Assembly: GCA_050253415.1 (NCBI GenBank)
Contig: JBFWJC010000003.1
Span: forward strand, 1-64,000
Direction of reading: 5' to 3'
Source of the DNA: Pedobacter sp.
GTDB lineage: Bacteria > Desulfobacterota > Desulfuromonadia > Desulfuromonadales > Syntrophotaleaceae
Length of the DNA: 64,000 nt
Shown here: one piece after another, positions 41,380 to 51,364 of the stretch
Position numbering within the stretch: the stretch's first letter is position 1
Layout: each line of letters starts with the position of its first letter
Notes under the pieces: generated by a model
Seen by the model: the letters and a program-made list of their open reading frames with translations, nothing else
Told to the model about the DNA's origin: nothing
Database searches by the model: none
Translations under genes and position numbers: made by a program

Positions 41380-42567
41380 TTGAAGGCTGAACATTATAAA
41401 CCAACACATCTTGTTTTTGGCGGTGGTACGCTATCGCAGCTCGGCAAAGATGTACGAAGGTACGGTCAAAAGGCCCTTGTCGTTACTGGAGTCAACAGTG
41501 TTAAGCGTTATGGAACGATGCCTCGCGTGATTGCTAGCCTGCAGGCATTCGGTATTGCAGTAGTCGAATGCTCCGGTGTCGAGTCGAATCCACGAATATC
41601 CTCGGTTGTGCGCGGGGTGCAGATTGCCCGTGACCAAAATTGTGACGTTATTATTGCTTTGGGCGGTAGCAGTGTTATAGATGCTGCTAAGGTTATGGCT
41701 GCTGCCGTCTATTACGAAGGCGAGCCCTGGGACATGTTCTATCACAGCCTGGGAAAGGTGTACTTGCCGACCCGAGCTTTGCCCATCGTTACTGTGCCGA
41801 CCTTGATCACTACCGGTTCTGAAAGAAACAACGCTGCCGTTGTTTATAATGATAAAACTAACCTGAAATCGTTCATCGTATCCGATCTCCTGTATCCCCG
41901 TATTACCCTAGTGGATCCTGAACTAACCTTGAGTGTACCTCAGGATCAAACCGCTTACGGGGTATGTGATCTAATTACCCGGGTGACCGAAGGTTACTTG
42001 ACCGGCTTTGATGGATCGCAGCGCCAGGAAGGTTTTTTAGCCAGAGTTATCCAAACTGCTATGGAATGGGGACCGAAGTCGGTCTTCAATGGCAGCGACC
42101 TCGAAGCACGTACACAAATACAATGGGCCTCAGTGGTCGCTTTTAACGGTTGGGCACAGGTCAGTATCAACTATGCACCGCTGGTGTTTTTGTTGGCCCA
42201 TACCCTATGCGCTTATCACGATATTTCCCACGGTGCTGCTCTGGCGGTGGTTAACCTGGCATGGATGCGTTTTGCTGTCAGGACCCACCCTGCGAGATTT
42301 GCCCAATTTGCCCGCCGCATTTTCGGCCTCCGTTTGAACGGTGAAAATGTTGCCGAATTGGCAAAATCGGGCATTGATCATTTCGAGGCTTTCTTGAAAT
42401 ACATTGGTTGCCCGACACGCCTGCCAGAATTAGGCATCGGCGACAAGTTATTACATAGATATGCGAAGGATACGTTGCTCTTCCTTCGGGACGATAATAG
42501 TAACCTTCCCGGAAGTATAGTAATAAGTGAGTCGGATATTATCAATGTATTGATGTTGGCACTGTAG
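41380..42567 (+). CDS. Iron-containing (butanol dehydrogenase-like) alcohol dehydrogenase, apparently degenerate
   Basis: 'GVESNPR', 'ALGGSSVIDAAK', 'VDPELT', 'HGAAL'; expected metal-ligand histidines replaced. Confidence 0.75.
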   Translation: MKAEHYKPTHLVFGGGTLSQLGKDVRRYGQKALVVTGVNSVKRYGTMPRVIASLQAFGIAVVECSGVESNPRISSVVRGVQIARDQNCDVIIALGGSSVIDAAKVMAAAVYYEGEPWDMFYHSLGKVYLPTRALPIVTVPTLITTGSERNNAAVVYNDKTNLKSFIVSDLLYPRITLVDPELTLSVPQDQTAYGVCDLITRVTEGYLTGFDGSQRQEGFLARVIQTAMEWGPKSVFNGSDLEARTQIQWASVVAFNGWAQVSINYAPLVFLLAHTLCAYHDISHGAALAVVNLAWMRFAVRTHPARFAQFARRIFGLRLNGENVAELAKSGIDHFEAFLKYIGCPTRLPELGIGDKLLHRYAKDTLLFLRDDNSNLPGSIVISESDIINVLMLAL

Positions 42568-42829
42568 GGAAACAGTGGTTCTGAGGGGTCTGACGTCGGG
42601 GCTACTACAGGGAGCTTAATTATGGTTATGGGCAGGGGATACTTTGCCGAAATCCAATATGCCGATCAAAAAGCTCGCAAGTTCCCTAAAGTATCTGATA
42701 CAAGAAGGAAAGGTAAAGCACTTTGGATTTTTCGAAACCGGAGCAGCAACTATTCCTACAGCACCTGTCGTCCTTTCCGCTACCCCCCTTATAAAAAACC
42801 ATTTGCTCACTATTGACAAGGAGACCTGA
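42568..42829 (+). pseudogene. Aldo/keto reductase remnant
   Basis: 'PIKKLASSLKYLIQEGKVKHFGFFETGAATI' matches the AKR segment 'DLIQEGKVKHFGLSEAGAATI'; most of the gene is missing. Confidence 0.7.
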
Positions 42830-43090
42830 TAAAGAAATGCTCTCCATCTGTGAAGAAACAGGCAAACTATGAAATGGAGGTAACTCTTTCCTGTATAGAG
42901 GATTTAATGGATATTGACAATATGTAGAGAATTTATGGCCGAGTAACAAAACTTTTTGATGCCTCTCTAGGTAAAGTTGGTAAAAGAATTACCTGCTAAA
43001 ATTTGCTTGGCAATTTGATATCAGGCTTTATTCCCCCCCCAATACACCCTTAGTTGGTGTGATATAGTAGTGTGCATTAACCCCAGATAT

Positions 43091-43156
43091 GACGCAAGGG
43101 ACTTAAAATCCCTCGGCCTTATGGCTGTACGAGTTCGATTCTCGTCCCGGGTACCA
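43091..43156 (+). mobile_element. 3' fragment of tRNA-Leu(TAA): probable att site at the island's right boundary
   Basis: gacgca-aggga-cTTAAaa-tccct-cggccttatggctg-tacgag-TTCGATT-ctcgt-cccgggtaCCA; 5' acceptor strand and D-loop absent. Confidence 0.85.
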
Positions 43157-43160
43157 TATA

Positions 43161-43202
43161 AAATAAGGGCTTAGCCGAAACCGGCTAAGCCCTTATTTTT
43201 TT
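43161..43202. terminator. Bidirectional terminator
   Basis: aaataagggcttagccg-aaac-cggctaagcccttatttt. Confidence 0.85.
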
Positions 43203-43217
43203 CAGAGTGTACCTTCA

Positions 43218-44579
43218 CTAGTTGGTCAACGCCTGAATGGGCGCGGGAATCTTGCCGCCGCGGCCGATGAAAACTTCAGAGCTGAAATTGTGTACCGGCA
43301 TGACCGGTGCGGTACCGAGTAATCCACCGAACTCGACCATGTCTCCCACCTTGGTTCCCGGTGCGGGGATGATGCGCACGGCGGTGGTTTTCTTGTTAAT
43401 CATGCCGATAGCCATTTCATCGGCGATGATGGCTGAAATGGTGGCCGGTGAGGTGTCACCCGGGACGGCGATCATGTCCAGGCCGACGGAGCAGACACAG
43501 GTCATGGCTTCCAGTTTGTCCAGCGAGAGGGAACCACGCTGCACTGCGCGAATCATACCTTGGTCCTCGCTTACCGGAATGAACGCACCACTGAGCCCGC
43601 CCACGGATGATGACGCCATGGCGCCGCCTTTTTTGACGGCGTCGTTAAGAAGGGCCAGTGCTGCAGTAGTACCGTGGGTGCCGCAGCTTTCAAGTCCCAT
43701 GGCCTCCAGAATGGCAGCAACGCTGTCGCCAACCGCCGGAGTCGGCGCCAGTGATAGATCGAGCACGCCAAACTGCGCATTGAGCCTGCGAGCCACTTCC
43801 TTGCCAACCATTTCGCCCATGCGGGTTATTTTGAAAGCAGTCTTTTTAATGCATTCAGAGATATCGCCCAAGTCGGGATTCTGCAGTGCACGCACTGCGG
43901 AATTAACCACCCCGGGGCCGCTGACGCCGACGTTGATCACGCAGTCCGGTTCGCCGATACCATGGAAAGCCCCCGCCATGAAGGGATTGTCATCAGGCGC
44001 GTTGGCAAACACCACCAGCTTCGCACAGCCGATGCCTGCACGATCGCCGGTCAACTCAGCCGTCCGTTTGATAATATGCCCCATCATGGCCACGGCATCC
44101 ATGTTGATGCCCGCCTTGGTGGTTGCAACATTGATCGAAGAACAGACCTTCTTGGTCGTTGCCAGGGCCTGTGGAATGGAGTTGATGAGCTTGAGGTCAC
44201 CAGGGGTCATGCCCTTTTGTACCAGGGCGCTGAAACCGCCGATAAAGTCGATACCCGCTTCCTGCGCTGCGCGATCGAGGGTTTCCGCCACCGAACAATA
44301 ATCGTCGACATGGCAGCTCTCAGCCACGATGGCAATGGGGGTGACGGAGATTCGCTTATTGATGATGGGGATACCATACAGGTTCTGGATGTCTTCGGTG
44401 GTGGCAACCAGTTTCTCGGCGCAGCGCATGATGCGGGTATAGACCTGCTCATTGAATATCTTGATATCGGGATGGCTGCAACCGCGCAGGTTGATACCCA
44501 TGGTGACCGTCCTGATATCCAGGTGTTCATTGGTTACCATGTTAATGGTTTCGAGGATTTCCTCCGGATGGATAAGCAT
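43218..44579 (-). CDS. DUF711 / UPF0210 (PFL-like) family protein
   Basis: '[10 protein letters not shown]', 'INKRISVTP', '[11 protein letters not shown]', '[12 protein letters not shown]', '[14 protein letters not shown]'. Confidence 0.92.
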   Translation of the reverse strand: MLIHPEEILETINMVTNEHLDIRTVTMGINLRGCSHPDIKIFNEQVYTRIMRCAEKLVATTEDIQNLYGIPIINKRISVTPIAIVAESCHVDDYCSVAETLDRAAQEAGIDFIGGFSALVQKGMTPGDLKLINSIPQALATTKKVCSSINVATTKAGINMDAVAMMGHIIKRTAELTGDRAGIGCAKLVVFANAPDDNPFMAGAFHGIGEPDCVINVGVSGPGVVNSAVRALQNPDLGDISECIKKTAFKITRMGEMVGKEVARRLNAQFGVLDLSLAPTPAVGDSVAAILEAMGLESCGTHGTTAALALLNDAVKKGGAMASSSVGGLSGAFIPVSEDQGMIRAVQRGSLSLDKLEAMTCVCSVGLDMIAVPGDTSPATISAIIADEMAIGMINKKTTAVRIIPAPGTKVGDMVEFGGLLGTAPVMPVHNFSSEVFIGRGGKIPAPIQALTN

Positions 44580-44591
44580 GGTTGGGCCTCC

Positions 44592-44870
44592 TCAGATCCT
44601 GTGCATGAAACGAAAGGCGTCTTCATGCTGTACGATGACCTGTACACCCAACTCCTTACCGATATTCGACATGGCTTCCTGGAAGGCTGCCAGATCAAAA
44701 TTCTCGGATGTAACTTCCGCCAGCATGATCATGGTGAACAGATCGTTCATGATGGTCTGCCGGATGTCGGCGATATTCACGCTATGCTCAGCCATGACCC
44801 GGGTGATGCCCGCCACGATACCTACTCTGTCCAGACCGATGACTGTGATAACAAAACGACTCGATGACAT
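44592..44870 (-). CDS. ACT-domain protein (UPF0237)
   Basis: 'ITVIGLDRVGIVAGI', 'NIADIRQTI', 'QHEDAFRFMHRI'; usual partner of DUF711. Confidence 0.9.
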   Translation of the reverse strand: MSSSRFVITVIGLDRVGIVAGITRVMAEHSVNIADIRQTIMNDLFTMIMLAEVTSENFDLAAFQEAMSNIGKELGVQVIVQHEDAFRFMHRI

Positions 44871-45220
44871 GCATTTTCCTTTTTGTAATATTTTAGAAAT
44901 TATGAGCAATGTGCGTGACGACTATTTTAAATCATAGCGACTTCTTCAACTGCCGGAGAATAGCAGATCTGTTGGATTTTGTACAAGCCGTCACACCTCA
45001 GAATTTTACAGGCCGTATTTTGACACAAACGGTACGGAAGGCACAAGTTTTCAGGCCGTATTTTGCTTATTCAAATAACGATATTTTCGCCATTTGAGAT
45101 AGATGTTACCGGATAGGGGGTGAAAAAAATTTCTTCACCAGACCGCTTTACTCCCGGGCTAATTAAATCACAATAGAGAGAGTAATTTATTTACGTTTAT
45201 AGAGTGATAGCTGCTATCAG

Positions 45221-46108
45221 ATGTCTCTGATGAAGGAATGCGCTATGCCTGCCCCCGACTCTTTCCCCTATCGTCTGCTTGCACTTTGCCTGGTTGGCTT
45301 TTGGATGGTCATGCCTGGCGGATGTGCGCCTTTTGGGAAAAATCCGGATTTAAACCTGCCGCCCTATGATCTGCATGTCCGATTGCCGCAACAAAAGATC
45401 GCTGTTTTGGCCTACTCCGAAAATCAAACCGATCTATTGGAATTGCCGGCTGAAAGTCGTCCTGCCGGAGCTATTCATGGGGCTGGTGAAGGCTTTGTGA
45501 CCGTGCTCTCCGGCTTTGGCGGAGGCTCCTGCAGCGGTGCCGGTTGCGGTGTTGTCGCCTTGGGTATTTTAGCCGTGGCAGTGGTGGGCGGTTTGGTGGG
45601 AGCGGTTGCCGGTGCAGTAGGGACCCCAGCCAAGGGTCAGGTTCGTAACATGGAAACAATGCTTGGCGCAGCCCTGGTCGAAGCGGCTCATGGAGAGCTT
45701 GCTCAAAAATTACGGACTGAAGCTCTCATTTATAATCATGAGAACCTTCATGTTGTTACCTCCGTCTACCCTGGACGGGAAATCGAAGCGAACTACCCCG
45801 CTATCAGGCAACTTGGCTATGACAGCGTCCTCGAGTTGATGGTGAACAGGATCGAATTCGTCGGTGGTAAAGGTAAAGACCCTGAGTTGACCCTTCACCT
45901 GGAAGTAAAAGCCCGTCTTGTCGAATTGAACAGTCCTGCAAAGCCTTATCAACGGATGTTTCGTTATGTCAGTCGTCCTGCCCGGTTTTCCTGGTGGGTA
46001 ACACCGGATCAAACCAAAACTCGGAGAGTCTTCGATAACGGCTTGGCTTTGCTGGCCAGACAGATATTCCAAGGGGTATTTATCCGTTATGAACCTCAGG
46101 GAAAATAA
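45221..46108 (+). CDS. Hypothetical lipoprotein with glycine-zipper segment
   Basis: Hydrophobic stretch ending 'PGGC'; Gly/Ala-rich 'VVGGLVGAVAGAVG'. Confidence 0.65.
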   Translation: MSLMKECAMPAPDSFPYRLLALCLVGFWMVMPGGCAPFGKNPDLNLPPYDLHVRLPQQKIAVLAYSENQTDLLELPAESRPAGAIHGAGEGFVTVLSGFGGGSCSGAGCGVVALGILAVAVVGGLVGAVAGAVGTPAKGQVRNMETMLGAALVEAAHGELAQKLRTEALIYNHENLHVVTSVYPGREIEANYPAIRQLGYDSVLELMVNRIEFVGGKGKDPELTLHLEVKARLVELNSPAKPYQRMFRYVSRPARFSWWVTPDQTKTRRVFDNGLALLARQIFQGVFIRYEPQGK

Positions 46109-46141
46109 GATTTCTCTATCTATGGAAATGGTGCCACGCGT

Positions 46142-47431
46142 ATGACTTTTAAAGAAGCTTGTACCCGCGCACGAGAAGTCCTGCCAGGCAATGTGCTGGC
46201 TTTGGGGATGGTCAGTCTGTTTACGGATTTTTCCAGTGAGATGATCTATCCGTTGTTGCCGACATTTTTTACCGGACTGGTGTCTCCCGCTGTGGCGGCG
46301 GTATATATCGGGGTCATGGACGGGGTTGCCGATAGTGCCGCGAGCCTCCTGAAAGTCGCAAGTGGTCATCTGAGTGACCGCTCGGGTCGTCGCAAGTTAT
46401 TGGCTTTGGGCGGCTATGGACTGTCAACGGTGGCGCGACCGCTAATGGCAATTGCGGTTACGGGCTGGCAGGTGGTGGGGATGCGGTTTCTAGACCGCAT
46501 CGGCAAAGGCGTACGTACTGCACCCCGTGATGCCCTTATCGTTCGATCCGTAGGCGGAGGGCGGCGAAGCCTGGCCTTCAGCTTCCACCGCATGATGGAC
46601 CATGCCGGCGCGGTGGCAGGTCCATTGGTTGCCATCGTGTTTTTATCCACTTTTTTAGGGCATACTCTGCTGTGGCAGCAAGGTGATGGCGTCGCGACCG
46701 CCGAGCAGATGCATGTCTTACGTTGGTTGTTTGCCCTGGCTCTGCTGCCCGGGATCGCGTCTATGCTGATTCTGCAATTCGGAGTGCGCGAGGTGGCAAC
46801 CCTGCCACCACCACGGCAGCCTGTCAAGGCGGCGCTGAAAACGATCGCAATTGATCCGTATTGGCGCTCCCGGCTCAAACATTACCTGGCGGCTTTCACC
46901 CTGTTTGCACTGGGCAACAGTTCCGATCTGTTTCTGATTTTCTTTGCCCAGACCCGCTTTGGTTTGGGAATGGGCTATCTCATCGTGCTTTGGGTATATC
47001 TTCACTTATCCAAGGTAATTTTGAGTCTGCCCGGTGGCTGGTTGGCTGATCGTTGGGGAAAGCGGCCGGCGATTATATGCGGCTGGTTGATCTATGTGAC
47101 GGTTTATCTGCTGTTGCCCGAAATTGAGACCTTCGGTTGGATATGGGGTGCATTCTTCGCCTATGGTGCTTATTACGGTTTAACCGAAGGGGCGGAACGT
47201 GCCCTGATGGCTGATGTCGCACCCGTGGAGTTCTGGGGCAGGGCGTATGGATGGTATCACGGATTGGTGGGGCTGGCGGCTTTGCCGGCAAGTCTTCTGT
47301 TTGGGGTGTTCTGGGCGACCCTCGGGCCGCGTAACGCGTTTCGCATCAGTGCCGGCCTGGCCCTGGTTGCCTTGGTTCTGTTGGTCGGGATAAAGCGGAA
47401 AATCAAGCAACCAGAGTCGACCGATAACTGA
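46142..47431 (+). CDS. MFS transporter
   Basis: 'SLFTDFSSEMIYPLLP', 'GHLSDRSGRRK', 'DRIGKGVRTAPRDALI'; about 12 TM. Confidence 0.9.
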   Translation: MTFKEACTRAREVLPGNVLALGMVSLFTDFSSEMIYPLLPTFFTGLVSPAVAAVYIGVMDGVADSAASLLKVASGHLSDRSGRRKLLALGGYGLSTVARPLMAIAVTGWQVVGMRFLDRIGKGVRTAPRDALIVRSVGGGRRSLAFSFHRMMDHAGAVAGPLVAIVFLSTFLGHTLLWQQGDGVATAEQMHVLRWLFALALLPGIASMLILQFGVREVATLPPPRQPVKAALKTIAIDPYWRSRLKHYLAAFTLFALGNSSDLFLIFFAQTRFGLGMGYLIVLWVYLHLSKVILSLPGGWLADRWGKRPAIICGWLIYVTVYLLLPEIETFGWIWGAFFAYGAYYGLTEGAERALMADVAPVEFWGRAYGWYHGLVGLAALPASLLFGVFWATLGPRNAFRISAGLALVALVLLVGIKRKIKQPESTDN

Positions 47432-47754
47432 ACCTCTATTGGCACGGGATAGCTGTCCACAAGTGGCCACATGCGTTGTCACGCAATCCGGGGCACTCTT
47501 TTCATGTACTTGATTTTTTGGTTTAAATTGCTAATAAAAAAATTCACATCGACCTATACCTCTCATGATGATTGAAGTTTATTACAGTATTCTTCTGCTA
47601 TGGTGTTGTGTGTATATAATATTTATTCGCTAATGAGATGGTTTTATGTTACCCTGCAGTAGTATTTTGTTGACATAGTGGGTCACTAGCTCCGATGTAA
47701 CTGAGTTTGATCAGATTTTATTAAGCAAAACTATAAATGTAGATGGAGGAAAAA

Positions 47755-48750
47755 ATGAAAAAAGTATTAATTTTGACTGTTTTTTTATTGTTTGTGAATG
47801 GGGTTGTGTGGGCCGAATCGGTGAACGTTTACAATGCTGTTGAGGGAGTGTATCTCGGCCTATCCGCTCAATATCTCCGTCTGGATCTCCCGGATTACTC
47901 TCCTATTGCCCTGGAAGACTCTTCCTTTAATTTTATTACGTATCTGGATGGTAGTGATGGTCGGGAAGAAGCTGTGATGCCGGGTGTGATTATTGGATTT
48001 CCTATCCCCGCCCTTAATATCGTTGTAGAATTTGGGGCCGAGGTTGCCGATTGGAACAGCGAGACTAATAAAATTTACGACTATAGTTCATCTTACAGGG
48101 TGGGCTATTTGTCTCTCGATGGCAATCATGGAACCGTTGGTGTTTCATCTGGGGGGGATGTTGCCGCCAGAATCAATCGTTCAGGTGATTACTCTCGCTT
48201 TGAATTAATTGGCAAATATCCCATGCATTTAAAAGGTCTTGAGGTTATACCTTTTGTTGGGCCTAGCTTCATGTCACTTGAGGAAGATTTCGCTCTGAGA
48301 GCAAACAGCGTTCAGGTTCCCTCATACCAGCTTTTACAGGACGAACAGCTTGATTCCGATTATATCGGTGCGCGACTGGGGATAAAGCTGGCTGGGCGCT
48401 TTTGCGATTTTGCCGGTTGGGAGTTGACACCCGCTATCGGGGTTTACCATCTCGATGCGGATTATAAAGGCTCTCAGCAGGAATCTGTCATTGGGTATAC
48501 TGCAACGATAAAAGATGGTAAATCTCGGACTACTACCGCAGCAAGCGTCCTTGGCAAGATAGTTTTAGAATACCAACAGTTGACCTTGAGCTTCGTTGCA
48601 GGCCTTGACTATCTTGAAGATGTTGCCAAAATTCGTCATAGCACTCTCGGTAATGGATCTGCCAACAATTACGGCGACCCAGCCCATATCGAATTTGACT
48701 CTTCTCTTAACAGTCGTTTTGGTGTCGAATTGGGAGTTAAGTTCTGGTAA
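47755..48750 (+). CDS. Putative outer-membrane beta-barrel protein
   Basis: Signal peptide MKKVLIL...VWA, amphipathic strands, C-terminal 'GVELGVKFW'. Confidence 0.65.
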   Translation: MKKVLILTVFLLFVNGVVWAESVNVYNAVEGVYLGLSAQYLRLDLPDYSPIALEDSSFNFITYLDGSDGREEAVMPGVIIGFPIPALNIVVEFGAEVADWNSETNKIYDYSSSYRVGYLSLDGNHGTVGVSSGGDVAARINRSGDYSRFELIGKYPMHLKGLEVIPFVGPSFMSLEEDFALRANSVQVPSYQLLQDEQLDSDYIGARLGIKLAGRFCDFAGWELTPAIGVYHLDADYKGSQQESVIGYTATIKDGKSRTTTAASVLGKIVLEYQQLTLSFVAGLDYLEDVAKIRHSTLGNGSANNYGDPAHIEFDSSLNSRFGVELGVKFW

Positions 48751-48875
48751 GAGAATCACGATACAAACAGCTATTTATCATTTGAAAAAATGTACATTTC
48801 AAAGGGAGCCGGCCTTAGAGCCGGCTCTTTTTTTCTCCCCCGGATTCACCTTACTGGTGCAACAGGTATCTTTAG

Positions 48876-50438
48876 CTACAACAGATCCTCTGGAGCAAAT
48901 ACAGACAGCAGGCTGTTTTTAAGATGTTGCCACCTGTTGATCATCGGCTCTTTTTTTAAGATTGTCGACTCGCCGTTTTCTACTGTATGCCACACTAGCC
49001 TGGCCCGCCGGTTCGTCCTCGACTCCAATTGCAGGCGGTAGCTGTTGCGCGGTTGGGTGTAGCGCTCGAATAATGCGGCCATTTGGTGGGCAAGCTCCGG
49101 GCTCTCCACCAGGATGCCGACCTCTGTGTTCAAGGTCGCGGAGCGCGGATCGTGATTGAATGAGCCGATGAAAACCCGCTGGCGATCAATTACATAGGCT
49201 TTGGCGTGCATGCAGGCCTGGGAAGATCCGGCAAAACCTTCACTTTTATTGCGCTGTGGTAGCGGCGAAACAAAAGTTGGCTTGAATTCGAACAGTTCGA
49301 TATCTTCAGCCAACAGGGGCAAGCGATAACGGCTATAGCCCGCTTGCACGACTTTCAGGTCGGTGGCTGCGTACGAATTGGTCAGAATCTTTACACTGAT
49401 CCCTTTTTGTCTTAACTGGTGGAACAGCGCGATGCCTTCCTTGCCTGGAATAAAATAGGGGGAAATAATCAGTAATTCTGAGGTGGCCAGACTGAACAGG
49501 TTATAAAAACGGTCAAAATGCAGGCTGGCGCAATCCGGTTGATCTGGGGCGAGCTTGCAGGGAAAGTCAGCCAGGACCTGTCCCCTGGCCCATACCTGGG
49601 GCATCGGGTTGACGAGGTTGTCGGCAAGATATTGCAGGTAGATGGCTACATCAGGATGCTGTTTATGATTTTTCAGAAGGATGCGTAGATCTTGCAGATA
49701 TGTATCGGATCGATGCGTTGCTAAAGTGGATACCGGTAAGGTTTGCTTGTAGTTCCAGTAAGAATCAAAACTGGTGGACAGTTGCGGGACGACCGGACCG
49801 ATAGCGAGGAGATCGATATCGCGCAGATCAAGACGCGGATGTGCTTCGAAATATTCATCGCCGAGATTGCGGCCTCCGATCAGGGCTACGGTATTGTCGG
49901 CGATATAAACCTTGTTGTGCATGCGGCGCTGGATGCGGTTGAAGTCGGAAAGAACTTCAAAAAGGCGGCCGAGGCCGGGTGCGTATCGGTGCAAAAACGG
50001 GTTTATGATGCGCACTTCGACATTGGGGTGGGTGTCCAGTGCTAACAGAGGCTGGCCACTCTGGTCAAAATGCAGGTCGTCAATGAGGATGCGAACCCTG
50101 ACACCCCGATCGGCGGCGGCCAGAAGGTGCTCAACCAGAAGCAGCCCACTGATATCGCTACGCAGGATGTAGTATTGCAGATCGAGAGTTTTTTCCGCCT
50201 GATCAGCCAGTTCAAGACGCTGCGAAAGCGCTTCCCGTCCACTATCGATGAGGCGGAATCCGGAGAGGCCGGGATGATCCGTTACGAGCGCGCGGCTTCG
50301 CATCGCCAGACCTGTGTCGGCCGGATCGTACAGCGCGTGGCTAAAGGGGCGGTCGATGCGAGCCAGATCGATGGCTATGCAACCGCCCAGAAGCAGAAGG
50401 CAAAGGCCGTGCAGGCAGAATAAGAGTTTCATTGCCAT
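48876..50438 (-). CDS. Phospholipase D family protein (ClsC/YmdC-like)
   Basis: Two HKD motifs 'RMHNKVYIAD' and 'MHAKAYVID'; 'GGRNLGDEYF'; lipobox-like LGGC. Confidence 0.9.
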   Translation of the reverse strand: MAMKLLFCLHGLCLLLLGGCIAIDLARIDRPFSHALYDPADTGLAMRSRALVTDHPGLSGFRLIDSGREALSQRLELADQAEKTLDLQYYILRSDISGLLLVEHLLAAADRGVRVRILIDDLHFDQSGQPLLALDTHPNVEVRIINPFLHRYAPGLGRLFEVLSDFNRIQRRMHNKVYIADNTVALIGGRNLGDEYFEAHPRLDLRDIDLLAIGPVVPQLSTSFDSYWNYKQTLPVSTLATHRSDTYLQDLRILLKNHKQHPDVAIYLQYLADNLVNPMPQVWARGQVLADFPCKLAPDQPDCASLHFDRFYNLFSLATSELLIISPYFIPGKEGIALFHQLRQKGISVKILTNSYAATDLKVVQAGYSRYRLPLLAEDIELFEFKPTFVSPLPQRNKSEGFAGSSQACMHAKAYVIDRQRVFIGSFNHDPRSATLNTEVGILVESPELAHQMAALFERYTQPRNSYRLQLESRTNRRARLVWHTVENGESTILKKEPMINRWQHLKNSLLSVFAPEDLL

Positions 50439-50489
50439 CAGTATAGCGCAGGCACTTCACTTTGCAGGTGCCGGGCGTTTACCGATGTG

Positions 50490-51332
50490 TTAGCCGAGGC
50501 TACCGAGACTGGCAAGGGCTACGGCTTTCTCGGGTGGTTGCCCCATGGTAGAACCGGAGACCATCAAAGCGCAGTCCCCGCAACGGGTGAATCCGCAATC
50601 TTCAAGCATCGCGCCCGCTCCGGAGGATGTGAGGATATCGGTGTAGAGGGTTCCCCCTCCGCCAGCGCGGGTCGCGGCCAGAATGATAGCGGCATGTTCT
50701 TTGGCTGTATCCTCCAACGCCAGCCATGGGCCAAGCACCTTGATCGGACCGTAATTTTGCACCAGGGCCATGCTTTTGCCCACCCGCAGTATTTCACCGC
50801 CGGTGGCAAGATATTGCAGCACCAGACGGCGATCAGTGCCCCAGGCCCGGCAATCGGCTTTGCACAGAATTTCCAGGTCGGCAGGGAGAGTCGGGCTGTA
50901 GTTATGGTGATGCGCCGGGATAAACATTTTCCAGCGCTCCACCCGGTCGCATTCCCGAAAACCGCGCGAGGCGTAAAGTGGTTTTCCCTGATCGGAGGCC
51001 GTCAACCATATAGTCTCTGTGCCGGTTTGACGGAGCTTGTGACAGACCTGGTCCAACAGCAGACTGCCGAGTCCCTGCCCACGCATTTCCGGGGCGATCA
51101 TTAAATTGCCGATCCAGCCGAAGTCCGGGTACGGAACCGCAGTAACAAATCCGCACGTTTGATCATCGTGGCGCAAAGCAAAGGCCCATTCTGCCAGAGG
51201 GCCTCTGAAAAGTGCGGCTTCCGGTGGCAGAACCTGCCAGCATTCATCCTGAGCCCAAAAGAAGAACGCACCCCAATCATGAATTTCGGGTTTTACGAGG
51301 GTCAGGTGCTCGTTCATAAGGGTGGTAGCCAC
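50490..51332 (-). CDS. GNAT-family N-acetyltransferase
   Basis: 'WIGNLMIAPEMRGQGLGSLL', 'GKPLYASRGF'. Confidence 0.85.
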   Translation of the reverse strand: MATTLMNEHLTLVKPEIHDWGAFFFWAQDECWQVLPPEAALFRGPLAEWAFALRHDDQTCGFVTAVPYPDFGWIGNLMIAPEMRGQGLGSLLLDQVCHKLRQTGTETIWLTASDQGKPLYASRGFRECDRVERWKMFIPAHHHNYSPTLPADLEILCKADCRAWGTDRRLVLQYLATGGEILRVGKSMALVQNYGPIKVLGPWLALEDTAKEHAAIILAATRAGGGGTLYTDILTSSGAGAMLEDCGFTRCGDCALMVSGSTMGQPPEKAVALASLGSLG

Positions 51333-51364
51333 GTGAATGTCCCTATTCTTTCAAGGGTGAAATT

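Noticed and set aside
43060..43156. Intact tRNA-Leu(TAA) gene
   Set aside because: Sequence upstream of 43091 cannot form the 5' acceptor strand or D-loop; treated as an att-like fragment
43237..44867. 354-aa and 301-aa plus-strand ORFs
   Set aside because: Antisense shadows of the DUF711 and ACT genes
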